A stretch of DNA of 64,000 nucleotides from an uncultured Marinoscillum sp. (GCA_964467915.1 CAYXSW010000002.1:50403-114402); one strand, 5' to 3'; counted from the stretch's first letter, positions 1-12,086 are shown. Notes: generated by a model from the letters alone, not told the origin. Numbers and translations are program-made.

Positions 1-342
1 CAGTCAAGATCTGGATATTCAAGAAAAGCTGGATTTGAAGGAGGGCAGATGCCATTATATAGGAGGGTTCCGAAATTTGGCTTTAGATCTCCAAATAGGA
101 TAGAAACTAAACCTATTAATTTAGATACAATCCAGACACTATGTGAATCTTCTAAGGTAAAAGAAATTAATCCTGAATTTTTAATAAAGAATGGTTATGC
201 AAAAAAATCTGATCTTATTAAAGTTCTTGGAAGAGGTAAACTAAAAGCTAAAGTAAATGTTACTTCGCACTATTTTTCAGCTACAGCAATAAAAGCTATA
301 GAGAAATCAGGTGGAAAAGTTAAGAAATTGATTAATGATTAA
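1..342 (+). CDS. rplO: 50S ribosomal protein L15 (5' truncated by window edge)
   Basis: Frame is open from base 1 (QSRSGYSRKAGFEGGQMPLYRRVPKFGF); C-terminal KVLGRGKL...AIKAIEKSGG; directly upstream of secY. Confidence 0.97.
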   Translation, partial: QSRSGYSRKAGFEGGQMPLYRRVPKFGFRSPNRIETKPINLDTIQTLCESSKVKEINPEFLIKNGYAKKSDLIKVLGRGKLKAKVNVTSHYFSATAIKAIEKSGGKVKKLIND

Positions 343-1639
343 ACTGTTTGATACAATTAAAAATATCTTCTCAATAGAAGAGTTAAGAAATAGAATTATC
401 AATACCGTATTTTTTTTGATAATCTTTCGATTAGGTTCTTTTGTTGTACTTCCAGGAATTGATCCTTCGAAGTTACAACAAAGTGCAGGAGGTATTTTTG
501 GCCTGTTAGATACTTTCCTTGGAGGCGCGTTTAGTAATGCATCCATCTTTGCTTTAGGTATCATGCCATATATATCTGCCTCAATTGTGGTGCAGCTTCT
601 TGGTGTGGCTTTACCGTATTTTCAAAAACTTCAAAAAGAGGGAGATAGCGGAAGAAAGAAGATGACTCAAATAACTAGGTATCTAACCATAGTTATATGT
701 TTGTTCCAAAGTACAGCATATATATCAGGAACTATACCTGCAGAGGCTATACTTGTACAAAATAAATTTTTATTTACTATTTCTAGTTTAGTAATTCTTA
801 CTTCTGGTACTATATTCTGTATGTGGCTTGGAGAAAAGATAACTGATAAGGGAATAGGAAATGGTATTTCAATGCTTATTATGGTAGGAATAATCTCAAG
901 ATTTCCTGGAAGTATAGTTGCCGAGGCTCTATCTAGAGGTATGAACCAGGCTCTATTCTTTCTTATAGAGATAGGAGTCTTGTTTTTAGTAGTTATGTTT
1001 ACTGTAATGCTTGTTCAAGCAATAAGAAGAATCCCTGTTCAGTACGCAAAACAAGTTGTAGGGAGTAGTCTTTACGGTGGTAAAAGGCAATATCTTCCTT
1101 TAAAGGTTAATTCTTCAGGTGTTATGCCTATTATTTTTGCTCAGGCCTTGATGTTTTTACCTGCTATAATTGGCCTCCAGTTTGCTGAAAATTCAGATTT
1201 TTTTCAATATATTGCAACCTCTTTTTCAAACATGCAGTCTTGGTTGTATAATGTAACCTTTGCAGCATTGATAATTGCGTTTACTTTTTTTTATACCGCA
1301 ATTACAGTCAATCCTAATAAAATGGCTGATGATATGAAAAGAAATAACGGATTTATTCCGGGAATTAAACCTGGTCCTGAAACATCAGATTTTATATCTA
1401 ATGTTATGGATAGAATAACTCTTCCAGGTTCGATTCTTTTAGCTGTAGTAGCAATATTACCAGCTTTTGCAATGATGTTTGGTGTAAATCAGAGTTTTGC
1501 TCAGTTTTATGGAGGGACATCTTTGTTAATTATGGTTGGAGTAATATTAGATACTCTACAGCAGATAGAAAGTTATTTACTGATGAGACATTATGATGGT
1601 ATGATGAAATCAGGTAAAATAAAAGGTAGAAGTGTTTAA
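335..1639 (+). CDS. secY: Preprotein translocase subunit SecY
   Basis: [38 protein letters not shown] and [11 protein letters not shown] motifs; about 10 hydrophobic segments. Confidence 0.99.
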   Translation: MIKLFDTIKNIFSIEELRNRIINTVFFLIIFRLGSFVVLPGIDPSKLQQSAGGIFGLLDTFLGGAFSNASIFALGIMPYISASIVVQLLGVALPYFQKLQKEGDSGRKKMTQITRYLTIVICLFQSTAYISGTIPAEAILVQNKFLFTISSLVILTSGTIFCMWLGEKITDKGIGNGISMLIMVGIISRFPGSIVAEALSRGMNQALFFLIEIGVLFLVVMFTVMLVQAIRRIPVQYAKQVVGSSLYGGKRQYLPLKVNSSGVMPIIFAQALMFLPAIIGLQFAENSDFFQYIATSFSNMQSWLYNVTFAALIIAFTFFYTAITVNPNKMADDMKRNNGFIPGIKPGPETSDFISNVMDRITLPGSILLAVVAILPAFAMMFGVNQSFAQFYGGTSLLIMVGVILDTLQQIESYLLMRHYDGMMKSGKIKGRSV

Positions 1640-1641
1640 TT

Positions 1642-1860
1642 ATGGCTAAACAGAAAGCGATAGAACAAGACGGTATAGTAACTGAAGCACTGTCTAACGC
1701 AATGTTTAGAGTTAAATTAGACAATGGGCATATTGTGACAGCTCACATTTCTGGTAAGATGAGAATGTTTTACATCAGACTCTTGCCTGGAGATAAGGTA
1801 AAACTAGAGATGTCGCCATATGATTTAACAAAGGCTAGAATAACGTTTAGATATAAGTAA
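1642..1860 (+). CDS. infA: Translation initiation factor IF-1
   Basis: [16 protein letters not shown]...[20 protein letters not shown]...[10 protein letters not shown]. Confidence 0.99.
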   Translation: MAKQKAIEQDGIVTEALSNAMFRVKLDNGHIVTAHISGKMRMFYIRLLPGDKVKLEMSPYDLTKARITFRYK

Positions 1861-1861
1861 A

Positions 1862-1978
1862 ATGAAAGTTAGAGCATCAGTTAAGAAAAGAAGCAATGAC
1901 TGCAAAGTCATTAGAAGGAAGGGTAAGGTTTATGTAATTAATAAAAAAAATCCTCGATTTAAACAGAGGCAAGGTTAG
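1862..1978 (+). CDS. rpmJ: 50S ribosomal protein L36 (not in ORF track; zinc-free form)
   Basis: Translated by hand: [38 protein letters not shown], between infA and rpsM. Confidence 0.97.
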   Translation: MKVRASVKKRSNDCKVIRRKGKVYVINKKNPRFKQRQG

Positions 1979-1981
1979 ATT

Positions 1982-2356
1982 ATGAGAATTGCAGGTATAG
2001 ATATTCCAGATAATAAAAGGGGAGAAGTTGCATTGACCTACATATATGGTCTAGGCAGAAGCTCTGCTATTAAAATATTAAATGAGGCAGGAGTTAGCTT
2101 AGAGAAAAAAGTTTCTGATTGGACTGAGGATGAGTCAAATAAAATTAGAAATATTATTTCTAATGAATTTAAGACTGAAGGCGATCTTAAGTCCGAGATA
2201 AGATTAAATATCAAAAGATTGTTAGATATTGGTTGCTACAGAGGATTGAGACATAGAAAAGGTCTCCCTGTTAGAGGTCAGAAAACAAAAAATAACTCAA
2301 GGACAAGGAAAGGAAAAAGAAAAACAGTTGCAAACAAAAAGAAAGCAGTTAAATAA
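1982..2356 (+). CDS. rpsM: 30S ribosomal protein S13
   Basis: [46 protein letters not shown]. Confidence 0.99.
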   Translation: MRIAGIDIPDNKRGEVALTYIYGLGRSSAIKILNEAGVSLEKKVSDWTEDESNKIRNIISNEFKTEGDLKSEIRLNIKRLLDIGCYRGLRHRKGLPVRGQKTKNNSRTRKGKRKTVANKKKAVK

Positions 2357-2745
2357 TGAATAAGAAAAAAGATAAATCTAAAAAGAGAGTCGTTGTTGTT
2401 AATAAGAATGGTCAAGCTCATATAAAGTGTTCTTTTAATAACATCATCATTTCTATTACCAATGAAATAGGTCAGGTAATATCATGGTCTTCTGCTGGTA
2501 AAATGGGTTTTAGAGGGTCAAAGAAAAACACACCTTTTGCAGCTCAAATAGCGACAGATGATGCTGTAAAAACTGCATTTGAACTTGGTCTTAGAAAAGT
2601 AGATATTTTTATTAAAGGTCCTGGTGCTGGAAGAGATTCAGCTATCAGAGCAATTCAAAATGCAGGGTTAGATGTTATGTCAATTAATGATGTAACTCCT
2701 TTGCCTCATAACGGATGTAGACCACCTAAAAGAAGAAGAGTTTAA
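2356..2745 (+). CDS. rpsK: 30S ribosomal protein S11
   Basis: [47 protein letters not shown]; TAATG overlap with rpsM. Confidence 0.99.
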   Translation: MNKKKDKSKKRVVVVNKNGQAHIKCSFNNIIISITNEIGQVISWSSAGKMGFRGSKKNTPFAAQIATDDAVKTAFELGLRKVDIFIKGPGAGRDSAIRAIQNAGLDVMSINDVTPLPHNGCRPPKRRRV

Positions 2746-2756
2746 ATTATTTAATA

Positions 2757-3362
2757 ATGGCAAGATATACTGGACCTAAATCAAAGATTTCGAGAAAATA
2801 TGGAGAACCGATATTTGGTGATACTAAGGCATTAGAGAAAAAGCCACACCCACCGGGACAGCATGGAAGAGGTAGAAGAAGAAAAAAATCTGAATATGCT
2901 ATACAACTTGCTGAGAAGCAAAAAGCGAAATACTTATATGGTATTTTAGAGAAACAGTTTAGAAATATGTTTGATAAAGCAACTAGAAAAGATGGCATAA
3001 CAGGTGAAAATTTATTGCAGCTGCTTGAAGCTAGGCTTGATAATGTTGTTTATAGATTAGGTATTGCACCAACTAGACGATCAGCTAGACAACTCGTTGT
3101 TCATAAGCATATTACTGTCAACGGAAACCTCGTTAATATCCCATCATACACATTAAAAGAAGGGGATATGGTAGCTGTTAGAGAACGATCTAAGTCTCTT
3201 GTAGCAATATCTGAAAGTGTATCTAATAAAACCGCTAACAAGTATAAGTGGTTAGAATGGGATGATAAATCTCTTCTTGGAAAACTTGTAACTTATCCTG
3301 ATAGAGAGTCAATACCAGAAAATATTAATGAACAATTAATTGTTGAATTGTATTCAAAATAA
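2757..3362 (+). CDS. rpsD: 30S ribosomal protein S4
   Basis: [43 protein letters not shown] end. Confidence 0.99.
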   Translation: MARYTGPKSKISRKYGEPIFGDTKALEKKPHPPGQHGRGRRRKKSEYAIQLAEKQKAKYLYGILEKQFRNMFDKATRKDGITGENLLQLLEARLDNVVYRLGIAPTRRSARQLVVHKHITVNGNLVNIPSYTLKEGDMVAVRERSKSLVAISESVSNKTANKYKWLEWDDKSLLGKLVTYPDRESIPENINEQLIVELYSK

Positions 3363-3392
3363 AAAATATTGTATAAATAAACTTTAAAAATT

Positions 3393-4376
3393 ATGTCACT
3401 ACTTTCATTTCAATTACCAGATAAAATAGTAATGGAAAAAGCCGATGATTTTCACGGTATTTTTACATTCTCTCCACTACAACCAGGTTATGGACTAACT
3501 ATTGGTAATGCTGTAAGAAGAGTATTATTATCCTCTTTAGAAGGGTATGCAGTTACTGGAATTAAAATTCCAGGCATTCAACATGAGTTTTCAACTATAG
3601 ATGGGATCGTAGAAGATGTTTCTGAGATCATTTTAAATTTAAAAACTATAAGGTTTAAATCATTAACAGAAAACCCAGAGAAGGGTGTAGTAGTATCCTT
3701 TGATAAAAAAGGCACATTTACTGCTGGAGATATTGCTAAAAGCACAAGCTCTTATGAGGTGCTTAATCCAGATCAAGAGATATGTACACTTAGTAAAAAA
3801 GTTAAATTTTCTATTGAACTTAAAGTTGAGAAGGGAAGAGGATATGTTTCTTCTGAAGAAAATAACTCTACTACATCAGACGTTGATTTTATTTCTATTG
3901 ACTCTGTATTTACTCCAATTATTAATGTTAAGTATAGTATAGAGAATACTAGAGTTGAGCAAAAAACTGATTTTGAGAAATTGATTTTAGATATTGAGAC
4001 TGATGGTTCTATTCACCCAGAAGATGCGTTGAAAGGTTCTGCTCAGTTACTAATTAAACATTTCTATCTATTCTCAGACAAGGATATGGAATTTGCTGAA
4101 GATAATTCAGATGAGATAGAAGTTGTTGACGAGGAATTACTTCACATGAGAAAGCTCCTTAAAACTTCATTAAATGATCTTGATTTGTCAGTTAGAGCTT
4201 ATAACTGTCTCAAGGCTGCTGATATCAAAACCTTAGGAGACCTAGTAAGTATCGAAATATCGGATATGATGAAATTTAGAAATTTTGGAAAGAAATCATT
4301 AACTGAGCTTGAGGAACTTGTTGATAATAAAGGTCTCAACTTTGGTATGGATTTAACTAAGTATAATTTAGATTAA
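3393..4376 (+). CDS. rpoA: DNA-directed RNA polymerase subunit alpha
   Basis: [54 protein letters not shown]. Confidence 0.99.
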   Translation: MSLLSFQLPDKIVMEKADDFHGIFTFSPLQPGYGLTIGNAVRRVLLSSLEGYAVTGIKIPGIQHEFSTIDGIVEDVSEIILNLKTIRFKSLTENPEKGVVVSFDKKGTFTAGDIAKSTSSYEVLNPDQEICTLSKKVKFSIELKVEKGRGYVSSEENNSTTSDVDFISIDSVFTPIINVKYSIENTRVEQKTDFEKLILDIETDGSIHPEDALKGSAQLLIKHFYLFSDKDMEFAEDNSDEIEVVDEELLHMRKLLKTSLNDLDLSVRAYNCLKAADIKTLGDLVSIEISDMMKFRNFGKKSLTELEELVDNKGLNFGMDLTKYNLD

Positions 4377-4903
4377 TGAGGCACGGTAAAAGATTTAACC
4401 ATTTGAGTAGGAAAGCTCCTCATAGAAAGTCTATGCTTTCTAATATGGCATCATCTTTGATTTTACATAAAAAGATTGAGACTACATTGGCAAAGGCTAA
4501 AGCACTCAGAAAGTTTGTTGAGCCTTTACTGACAAAATCTAAATCTGACACAACACATTCTAGAAGATCAGTTTTTTCTCTTTTACAAGATAAAGACGCA
4601 GTAAATGAGTTATTTAATAAAGTATCTGAGAAGATTGCTTCAAGACCCGGTGGATATACTAGAATCATTAAAACTGGTTTTAGATTAGGAGATAATGCCG
4701 AGATGTCTATAATTGAATTGGTTGATTATAATACCTTATTATTAGGGGCAGAAGAGAGCGATAAAGGCACTAAATCTAGAAGAAGAAGAAGAAAGAAGTC
4801 TAAGGCAGAAGTAGCATCTAGTCGAGAGTCCAAACCTACTACAAAAGAAAAAAAAGTAGTTAAAAAAGACTCTAAAGATTCAAAAGATAAAAAGTCAAAA
4901 TAG
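4376..4903 (+). CDS. rplQ: 50S ribosomal protein L17 with charged C-terminal extension
   Basis: [42 protein letters not shown]. Confidence 0.99.
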   Translation: MRHGKRFNHLSRKAPHRKSMLSNMASSLILHKKIETTLAKAKALRKFVEPLLTKSKSDTTHSRRSVFSLLQDKDAVNELFNKVSEKIASRPGGYTRIIKTGFRLGDNAEMSIIELVDYNTLLLGAEESDKGTKSRRRRRKKSKAEVASSRESKPTTKEKKVVKKDSKDSKDKKSK

Positions 4904-4927
4904 TATCTATATTAAAATTGATAATTT

Positions 4928-4958
4928 AAAGGGATTAAATTTATTTAATCCCTTTTTT
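4928..4958 (+). terminator. Intrinsic terminator after the ribosomal operon
   Basis: Inverted repeat AAAGGGATTAAAT (4928-4940) / ATTTAATCCCTTT (4943-4955) running into a T tract, 25 nt after the rplQ stop. Confidence 0.85.
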
Positions 4959-4964
4959 ATTATA

Positions 4965-4972
4965 TATTTTTG
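4965..4972 (+). promoter_or_regulatory. Bacteroidota sigma-A -7 element (carA)
   Basis: TATTTTTG matches TAnnTTTG; 7 nt before the carA ATG. Confidence 0.6.
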
Positions 4973-4979
4973 AGAAAAA

Positions 4980-6083
4980 ATGGAATTGAAATCTAGAAAA
5001 CCGGCAGTTCTATTACTTGAAGATGGCTCAATTTTCGAAGGCACATCTCTTGGTAAGAATGGAATTGCTACCGGTGAAATTTGTTTCAACACAGGAATGA
5101 CTGGGTATCAAGAAATTTATACCGATCCATCTTATTTTGGTCAAATAATAATTAATACCTCATCACATATTGGAAATTATGGAACTATTGAAGAAGAACA
5201 GGAAAGTAATCTGCCCCAAATTAATGGAGTTATAATTAATGAGTATTCTGAAATTTATAGTAGATCTAATTCAGATGAAAGTCTAGAAGAATATTTTATA
5301 AAAAATAACACAGTAGCAATTTACGATATTGATACAAGAAAATTAGTGAAACACATAAGAGATAAAGGAGCAATGAATGCAATTATTTCAAGCGATATTC
5401 TTGACGTCAAAAAACTTAAAACTATTTTAGATGATGTTCCTCCTATGAAAAATTTAGAGTTATCTTCTCAGGTAACAACAAAAAAGGAATATATATATGG
5501 CGATGAAAAATCTGATCTTAAAGTTGCTGTTTTAGATCTTGGTTGTAAAAGATCTATACTTAAAAATTTTAATGATAGAGGGGTTTTGTGTAAGGTTTTT
5601 CCTGCTAAGACACCATTTGAAAAGATGCAGCAATGGAAACCTAATGGGTACTTTATTTCTAATGGGCCAGGTGATCCAGCCTCTATGGATTATGCTGTCA
5701 ATACTGTAAAAGAAATTATGAAAAAGGATAAGCCAGTATTTGGAATATGTCTTGGACATCAGATTCTAGCTAGAGCATGTGATGTAGCTACTTACAAATT
5801 ACATAATGGCCACAGAGGGATTAATCATCCAGTTAAGAATTTATCATCTGGAAAATCTGAGGTCACATCTCAAAATCATGGTTTTGGTGTTTCTATGGAT
5901 GAAATAAAAAAATCAACATCTTTAGAATTAACTCATGTTAACCTTAATGATGATACAGTTGAGGGAATAAAAGTAAAAGGGAAAAAAGCTTTTTCAGTTC
6001 AATACCATCCTGAATCATCTCCAGGTCCTCATGATTCAAGATATTTGTTTGATGACTTTATAAATATGATCAATAATGAGTAA
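4980..6083 (+). CDS. carA: Carbamoyl-phosphate synthase small subunit
   Basis: [29 protein letters not shown] (catalytic Cys), [13 protein letters not shown]. Confidence 0.99.
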   Translation: MELKSRKPAVLLLEDGSIFEGTSLGKNGIATGEICFNTGMTGYQEIYTDPSYFGQIIINTSSHIGNYGTIEEEQESNLPQINGVIINEYSEIYSRSNSDESLEEYFIKNNTVAIYDIDTRKLVKHIRDKGAMNAIISSDILDVKKLKTILDDVPPMKNLELSSQVTTKKEYIYGDEKSDLKVAVLDLGCKRSILKNFNDRGVLCKVFPAKTPFEKMQQWKPNGYFISNGPGDPASMDYAVNTVKEIMKKDKPVFGICLGHQILARACDVATYKLHNGHRGINHPVKNLSSGKSEVTSQNHGFGVSMDEIKKSTSLELTHVNLNDDTVEGIKVKGKKAFSVQYHPESSPGPHDSRYLFDDFINMINNE

Positions 6084-7350
6084 AATAATAAAAGTTAAGG
6101 GAAGGCAAATTTTAGATTCTAGAGGGAACCCTACAGTTGAGGTTGATATCTACTCTGAAAATAATATTATGGGTAGAGCAGCTGTCCCATCTGGGGCCTC
6201 TACAGGTGAAAATGAGGCTGTTGAGTTAAGAGACGGAGGGAAAGAGTACTTAGGAAAAGCTGTTAATAAGGCTGTAAGTAATATAAATAATATAATATCC
6301 AATGAATTGCTTGGTAGAAATTGTGAAAATCAAAAAGAAATTGATAATCTTTTAATTGATCTTGATGGATCTCATAATAAATCTAATCTTGGTGCAAATG
6401 CTATCCTTGGTGTTTCTCTTGCTTGTGCACAACTTTCATCTAAAGTGAACAATAAACCTCTTTATAGATATTTAGGTGGTGAAAAAGCAAATTTATTACC
6501 TGTTCCTATGATGAATATAATTAACGGAGGGTCACACTCTGATGCTCCTATTGCCTTTCAAGAGTTTATGATAAGGCCAGTTGGTGCAAATTCATTTAGT
6601 GAAGCACTTAGATATGGCGCTGAAATATTTCATACTTTAAAGTCAATAATAAAAGATAATAAGTTAAGTACTGCTGTTGGTGATGAAGGTGGATTCGCTC
6701 CGAATTTTGGTGGGGGAACAGAGGAAGCTATTGAAACTATCTTGAGTTCTATTGAGAAGGCAGGATTTATAGCTGGTAAAGATATCACTCTAGCTATGGA
6801 CTGTGCGGCGTCAGAATTCTATAACGATGGTCTATATGATTACCGCATTTTTGAGGGTAAAAATGGTGATGTTAGAAATTCACATGATCAAGTGGATTAT
6901 TTGAAAAGTTTGGTTGATAATTATCCCATTGATAGTATTGAAGATGGTTGTGATGAAAATGACTGGGAAGGTTGGGGTTTATTAACTAGTTCTATTGGGG
7001 ATAGATGTCAGCTAGTTGGGGATGACTTATTAGTTACTAATTTAAAATATCTGAGAAGAGCCATAAAAGAAAAAAGTGCTAACTCTATTCTTATTAAACC
7101 TAATCAAATTGGGACATTAACAGAAACTATAAACGCAATAAACTTAGCTAAAGATTCAGGTTGGACTGCTGTTATATCTCATAGATCTGGGGAGACAGAG
7201 GATACTATAATATCAGATATTGCAGTTGGATTAAATGTTGGACAAATAAAGACAGGTTCTTTATCAAGGTCAGATAGAATTGCAAAATATAATCAGCTTC
7301 TTAGAATTGAAGAGGATTTAGGTGATAAAGCAAAATTTCCTTCTAAATAA
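6076..7350 (+). CDS. eno: Enolase
   Basis: [56 protein letters not shown]. Confidence 0.99.
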   Translation: MSKIIKVKGRQILDSRGNPTVEVDIYSENNIMGRAAVPSGASTGENEAVELRDGGKEYLGKAVNKAVSNINNIISNELLGRNCENQKEIDNLLIDLDGSHNKSNLGANAILGVSLACAQLSSKVNNKPLYRYLGGEKANLLPVPMMNIINGGSHSDAPIAFQEFMIRPVGANSFSEALRYGAEIFHTLKSIIKDNKLSTAVGDEGGFAPNFGGGTEEAIETILSSIEKAGFIAGKDITLAMDCAASEFYNDGLYDYRIFEGKNGDVRNSHDQVDYLKSLVDNYPIDSIEDGCDENDWEGWGLLTSSIGDRCQLVGDDLLVTNLKYLRRAIKEKSANSILIKPNQIGTLTETINAINLAKDSGWTAVISHRSGETEDTIISDIAVGLNVGQIKTGSLSRSDRIAKYNQLLRIEEDLGDKAKFPSK

Positions 7351-7355
7351 ATATT

Positions 7356-7363
7356 TATATTTG
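7356..7363 (+). promoter_or_regulatory. Sigma-A -7 element (ftsB-like gene)
   Basis: TATATTTG, 4 nt before ATG 7368. Confidence 0.6.
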
Positions 7364-7367
7364 GAAT

Positions 7368-7661
7368 ATGGTTCCTCAAAAGTTTAGACATCATTTAAAA
7401 AATTTTTATTTTATTTTTTTTATTTCTTTTCTTATTTGGATGACAATAATTGATTCTAATGGCTTTGTCAATAGGTTTAGGTTATCCCAGAAATTGGATG
7501 AGCTAAGAACTGAAAAGGAATTTTATGTTCAAGAGATTGATAAAGTCTCTATAGACAAAGAAAAATTTGAAAGTGATGAAGAGATTCTTGAGAAGTATGC
7601 TAGAGAAGAGTACCTAATGAAAAAAGAATCTGAAGACATTTTTTACGTAAAACAAGAATAA
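7368..7661 (+). CDS. ftsB: FtsB/DivIC family septum formation initiator
   Basis: One N-terminal TM, coiled coil, LEKYAREEYLMKKESEDIF end; downstream of eno as usual for ftsB. Confidence 0.8.
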   Translation: MVPQKFRHHLKNFYFIFFISFLIWMTIIDSNGFVNRFRLSQKLDELRTEKEFYVQEIDKVSIDKEKFESDEEILEKYAREEYLMKKESEDIFYVKQE

Positions 7662-8731
7662 TGGATAAACATAGTAAAGATTTTTTGTTTAAGTACTTAA
7701 ATAATCATTCACCTACTGGATTTGAATCATCTGGTCAAAGAATATGGCTTGATTATATTACCCCATATATAGATGAATATATATCTGATACATATGGTAC
7801 AGTTGTTGGAGTTATAAATCCAGAATCTAAATATAAGGTGGTTATTGAAGCTCACGCAGATGAAATTTCATGGTTTGTGAATTATATTACTGACGATGGT
7901 TATATATATGTAATTAGAAATGGAGGTTCTGATCACCAAATTGCTCCCTCTAAAAGAGTTAATATTCAAACAGAAAAAGGTGTTGTTAAAGGAGTTTTTG
8001 GATGGCCTGCTATTCATGTAAGAGATCCTAAGACTGAGCAAACACCTTCTTTAAAAAATATTTTTATTGATGTGGGATGTTCTTCAAAGAAAGAAGTTGA
8101 GAAATTAGGGATTCATGTTGGATGTGTGATTACTTTTGAAGATGAGCTCATGGTCTTAAATAAAAATTATTATACTGGTAGAGCTCTTGATAATAGAATG
8201 GGAGGTTTTATGATTGCTGAGGTTGCTAAAAGACTTCATCAGAATAAAAAGAAATTAAATTTTGGATTGTATATTGTAAACTCTGTTCAAGAAGAAATTG
8301 GTCTAAGAGGAGCACAAATGATAGCTGAGAGGATAAATCCAGATGTTGCTATAGTTACTGATGTTACTCATGACACTAACTCTCCAATGTATGATAAGAA
8401 GAAAAGTGGAGACATTAAATCAGGTAATGGGCCTGCTTTAACTTTTGGGCCTGCAGTTCAGAATAATTTATTAAAATTACTCATTGACACAGCTAAAAAA
8501 AATAAGATCTCTCATCAGCTTATGGCTGCATCTAGATTTACAGGGACAGATACTGATGCATTTGCATACTCAAATGATGGGGTTGCCTCTGCCTTAATAT
8601 CATTACCTTTAAAATATATGCATACTACAGTTGAGACTGTTCATAAAGAAGATGTGGAAAGCTGTATATGTCTAATGTATGAATCTGTATTGGCTATAAA
8701 AAAGGGACAGGACTTTAGATATATCAAGTAA
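7661..8731 (+). CDS. M42 family metallo-aminopeptidase
   Basis: SPTGFE, EAHADEI, RALDNRMG, VQEEIGLRGA, TGTDTDA, PLKYMHT. Confidence 0.93.
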   Translation: MDKHSKDFLFKYLNNHSPTGFESSGQRIWLDYITPYIDEYISDTYGTVVGVINPESKYKVVIEAHADEISWFVNYITDDGYIYVIRNGGSDHQIAPSKRVNIQTEKGVVKGVFGWPAIHVRDPKTEQTPSLKNIFIDVGCSSKKEVEKLGIHVGCVITFEDELMVLNKNYYTGRALDNRMGGFMIAEVAKRLHQNKKKLNFGLYIVNSVQEEIGLRGAQMIAERINPDVAIVTDVTHDTNSPMYDKKKSGDIKSGNGPALTFGPAVQNNLLKLLIDTAKKNKISHQLMAASRFTGTDTDAFAYSNDGVASALISLPLKYMHTTVETVHKEDVESCICLMYESVLAIKKGQDFRYIK

Positions 8732-9950
8732 TACTATATCCAGCTTTTTTCATATCTTCCCAAAACTTAGGATAAGATTTATTTACTACCTCAGGGTTAT
8801 TTATTGATAAATTAATTTCTGATGCAAGTGGGGCAAATGACATTGCCATTCTGTGGTCTTTATATGTGTCTATAGATACTGATTTAGGAAAGTTTTTTCC
8901 TCTTCTATCAAGTATCCAAAAATCTCCATTTTGATAAAAACTTACTCCAATTTTATGAAGTTCATTTTTCATTGCATTCAGTCTATCAGTTTCTTTTATT
9001 TTTAAGCTTTCAACTCCAAAAATTTTTAGTTTAATTTTATGGACTACAGCTACTACAAGAACTGTTTGAGCTAAGTCTGGACAATCTTTAAAATCTAGTT
9101 CTAGATAGTCACATGCTGAGTTGTTCTTATATATTTCAATGCCATTCTTGTAGTAATTTGTAACTATACCCATTGATGACATTATCTTTGATATCATTTG
9201 ATCTCCTTGTAAAGACATATTTCTTAAACCTATTAGATTAATCTTATCTATATCTTTATTTATAGATAGTATGCTATACCAATAGCTTGCTGCAGACCAA
9301 TCTGATTCAACTGTATAACTTCCTCCTTTGTAATTCTGACGTTTAATTTTAATTTGATTTTCAGAAAATTTATAGCTGATACCAAAAACTTTCATTAGAC
9401 TAAGAGTCATTTTGACATATGGCCTGCTATAAAAAGGCTTAATTATATTGATTTCTAATCCACCTTCAAGTTTTGGTGCAATCATTAATAGAGATGATAT
9501 GTATTGACTACTTATGTCTCCTCTTATATCAATTTTATTATTTTCTTGAATAATTTTTCCTTTAATATTTATTGGCGGATAACCTTCCTCTCCATCATAT
9601 AAAATATTTGCACCTATTTTTCTTAATGCTTCTACTAAAATTTTAATTGGTCTTTTCTTCATTCTGTCTGTTCCAGTTAATAATGCTCCATCTTTTGTTA
9701 GTGATAGATATGAAGTAAGAAATCGCATACTTGTGCCTGCGTCTTCTGCGTTCCAAGTATTAGATGAATTAAAATTTATAAGATTATTAAGAAGTGAAGT
9801 GTCATTTGCATTTGATAGGTTTTTAATTTTTATTCTTTCTTTAGAAAGAGCCTTTATAATTATTAACCTGTTGCTTTCACTCTTTGAGGAGTTTAATTTT
9901 ATAGATATATCTTTTGGTGGGGATAAAAAATTAATAGTATAACTATCCAT
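8724..9950 (-). CDS. aroA: 3-phosphoshikimate 1-carboxyvinyltransferase
   Basis: SKSESNR, DAGTSMRF, MKKRPI, SSQYISSLL, KETDR, DHRMAMSF. Confidence 0.97.
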   Translation of the reverse strand: MDSYTINFLSPPKDISIKLNSSKSESNRLIIIKALSKERIKIKNLSNANDTSLLNNLINFNSSNTWNAEDAGTSMRFLTSYLSLTKDGALLTGTDRMKKRPIKILVEALRKIGANILYDGEEGYPPINIKGKIIQENNKIDIRGDISSQYISSLLMIAPKLEGGLEINIIKPFYSRPYVKMTLSLMKVFGISYKFSENQIKIKRQNYKGGSYTVESDWSAASYWYSILSINKDIDKINLIGLRNMSLQGDQMISKIMSSMGIVTNYYKNGIEIYKNNSACDYLELDFKDCPDLAQTVLVVAVVHKIKLKIFGVESLKIKETDRLNAMKNELHKIGVSFYQNGDFWILDRRGKNFPKSVSIDTYKDHRMAMSFAPLASEINLSINNPEVVNKSYPKFWEDMKKAGYSIT

Positions 9951-10983
9951 TACACTTTAGATTATAGTAATCAAGACTTTCAATTATTACACTTTCTTTA
10001 ATTTCAATATCATATTCACATTTCCCTATATCATTTAGAATGCATGTTCTTATTTTTTGAGATAGATTTTTTTTATCAAAATATGTATTTTTAATTATTT
10101 CATCATAGAATTCAACTTTAGATAATTTAAATACACTATTGATATATTTAGTTATTTTTTCAAGATCATCATTTCTTAGTTTATTGAAATGATTTGAAAT
10201 ATAAGATTCACAAATCATTCCTATAGCTATTGCTTCACCATGAAAAAATTTATTTAATTTATTAAGATAAGTTGTCTCTATAGCATGACCAATTGTATGA
10301 CCAAAATTTAATATTTTTCTTAGGCCACTCTCTTTTAAATCTTTTTTAACTACATCAGATTTTATTTTTATTGAGTGATTAATAATAAAATCCCAGTCAC
10401 TATCTTTCCATAATTTGTTCTGAATTTTATCGAACATATTTTTATCTCTAATAAGACAGTGTTTTATAACCTCCGCATATCCTGATTTTAATTCTCTTTC
10501 TGGTAATGTATTAAGGTGATTTGTATCAATTATTACTTTATTGGGTTCCCTAAATATTCCAATTATATTTTTTAAATTTTTATGATCTATTCCGAGTTTT
10601 CCTCCAACACTTGCATCTACTTGAGATAAAAGAGTAGTTGGAATATTTATGAAGTCAATTCCTCTCATAAAAGTTGAGGCAACAAATCCACCTAAATCAC
10701 AAATGACTCCTCCACCTAAATTTATTAGAATTGATTTTCTGTCAAACTTAAAATCAATTAGTTTCTCCCAAACTTTTTTTGAAGTTTCTAGATTTTTATT
10801 TTGTTCTCCCTCATCAATTATGATCTTTTCATAATTGAAATCTATGTAATTAGATAGTTTAGTAAAACAATGATTAAAAGTATTATTGTCAAGTAGGAAG
10901 GCAATTTTTGAATAATTTCCAGATTTTATAATCTTGGATAAATTATTTTTTGTTGTACCAATAACAATATGATCTGGAATCAT
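9943..10983 (-). CDS. aroB: 3-dehydroquinate synthase
   Basis: NLGGGVICDLGGF, PTTLLSQVDASVGGK, LNFGHTIGHAIE, HGEAIAIG. Confidence 0.97.
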   Translation of the reverse strand: MIPDHIVIGTTKNNLSKIIKSGNYSKIAFLLDNNTFNHCFTKLSNYIDFNYEKIIIDEGEQNKNLETSKKVWEKLIDFKFDRKSILINLGGGVICDLGGFVASTFMRGIDFINIPTTLLSQVDASVGGKLGIDHKNLKNIIGIFREPNKVIIDTNHLNTLPERELKSGYAEVIKHCLIRDKNMFDKIQNKLWKDSDWDFIINHSIKIKSDVVKKDLKESGLRKILNFGHTIGHAIETTYLNKLNKFFHGEAIAIGMICESYISNHFNKLRNDDLEKITKYINSVFKLSKVEFYDEIIKNTYFDKKNLSQKIRTCILNDIGKCEYDIEIKESVIIESLDYYNLKCNG

Positions 10984-12086
10984 ATTTTAAAATTAGCCTT
11001 TTTTCTATTTATAATTTTATTTTGAACATTGATTGACCCAAGGTGAATAACTTTATAAAGATCTTTGATAAAATCTTTCTCTAAGCCTTTTTCTACTGCC
11101 CAATCAATTCTAGATTTAAATATTTCATTCCACCTGTCAACTTGAAAAGTTGTCAGGTCTTGTTCTTTTTTAAATTCACCAATTTTTTCTACAAGACCTA
11201 TTCTTTTTGATATAATATCAATTATTTCTTTGTCTACATCATCAATATTTTCTCGGATCTCATTTAAAAGGTGTTGGTATGACTTTTCTTCTTCTTTACT
11301 ACTTTTTACTTTCAAGTCTTTTTTCATTTTAGATAAGGTTTCTGGAGTAATCTGTTGTTTTGAATCACTCCACGCATTATCTGGATCAATATGTGATTCT
11401 ATAATTAAACCATCATAACCAAGATCTAAAGCTTTTTGTGATGTCTCAAAAATCATCTCTCTATTTCCACATATGTGAGAAGGGTCACAAATGACAGGAA
11501 GATTTGGCAAATTACTTTTTAGGTCAATTGCAATTTTCCACATAGGAACATATCTGTACTTAGATTTTCCAGTCATAGAAAAACCTCTATGAATTGCACC
11601 AAGTTTATTTATTCCGGCTTTGTTTATTCTTTCTAGAGCTCCCATCCAAAGAGATAAGTCAGGATTTATAGGGTTTTTGATAAGAATTGGAGTATCTGTT
11701 CCTTTTAATGAATCTGCAATTTCTTGAACTGAGAAAGGATTTACAGTAGTTCTTGCTCCAATCCACAATATGTCAACTCCATATTTTAATGCTAATTCTA
11801 TATGGTTAGTGTTTGCTACCTCAACAGTAAATTGAACATCTAATTCTTTTTTGATATCAGATATCCATTTAAGAGCTTCTTCGCCATTTCCCTCAAATGT
11901 TCCTGGTCTAGTTCTTGGTTTCCATACACCAGCTCTCATTATGTTTATTCCATGAGATTTTAATTGCTTGCATGTTTCAAAAAGCTGATCATAAGTTTCA
12001 GCACTACATGGTCCGGAGATTATTAATGGATCTTTTTCATTTTTTATCCATGTATTTATTGGATCGATATTTAACTTTTTGCTCAT
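10980..12086 (-). CDS. Bifunctional DAHP synthase (type I-beta) / chorismate mutase
   Basis: ISGPCSAE, RAGVWKPRTRPG, WIGART, DPSHICG, GLIIESH, plus C-terminal AroQ-like LNEIRENIDDVDKEIIDIISKR; in aro cluster. Confidence 0.92.
   Translation of the reverse strand: MSKKLNIDPINTWIKNEKDPLIISGPCSAETYDQLFETCKQLKSHGINIMRAGVWKPRTRPGTFEGNGEEALKWISDIKKELDVQFTVEVANTNHIELALKYGVDILWIGARTTVNPFSVQEIADSLKGTDTPILIKNPINPDLSLWMGALERINKAGINKLGAIHRGFSMTGKSKYRYVPMWKIAIDLKSNLPNLPVICDPSHICGNREMIFETSQKALDLGYDGLIIESHIDPDNAWSDSKQQITPETLSKMKKDLKVKSSKEEEKSYQHLLNEIRENIDDVDKEIIDIISKRIGLVEKIGEFKKEQDLTTFQVDRWNEIFKSRIDWAVEKGLEKDFIKDLYKVIHLGSINVQNKIINRKKANFKI

Noticed and set aside
1427-1436. GGTTCGATTC, resembling a tRNA T-loop
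   Set aside because: Lies inside secY (codons PGSIL) with no acceptor, D or anticodon arms; no tRNA or rRNA seen anywhere in the window.
1639-1642. No map or adk gene between secY and infA
   Set aside because: This arrangement varies among Bacteroidota and secY-infA adjacency is common.
4778-4792. (AGA)5 repeat
   Set aside because: Encodes an Arg run in the L17 tail; not a regulatory microsatellite or array.
4740-4903. Charged C-terminal extensions on L17 (also S2, about 55660-55777)
   Set aside because: Low-complexity tails on these proteins are usual in Bacteroidota.
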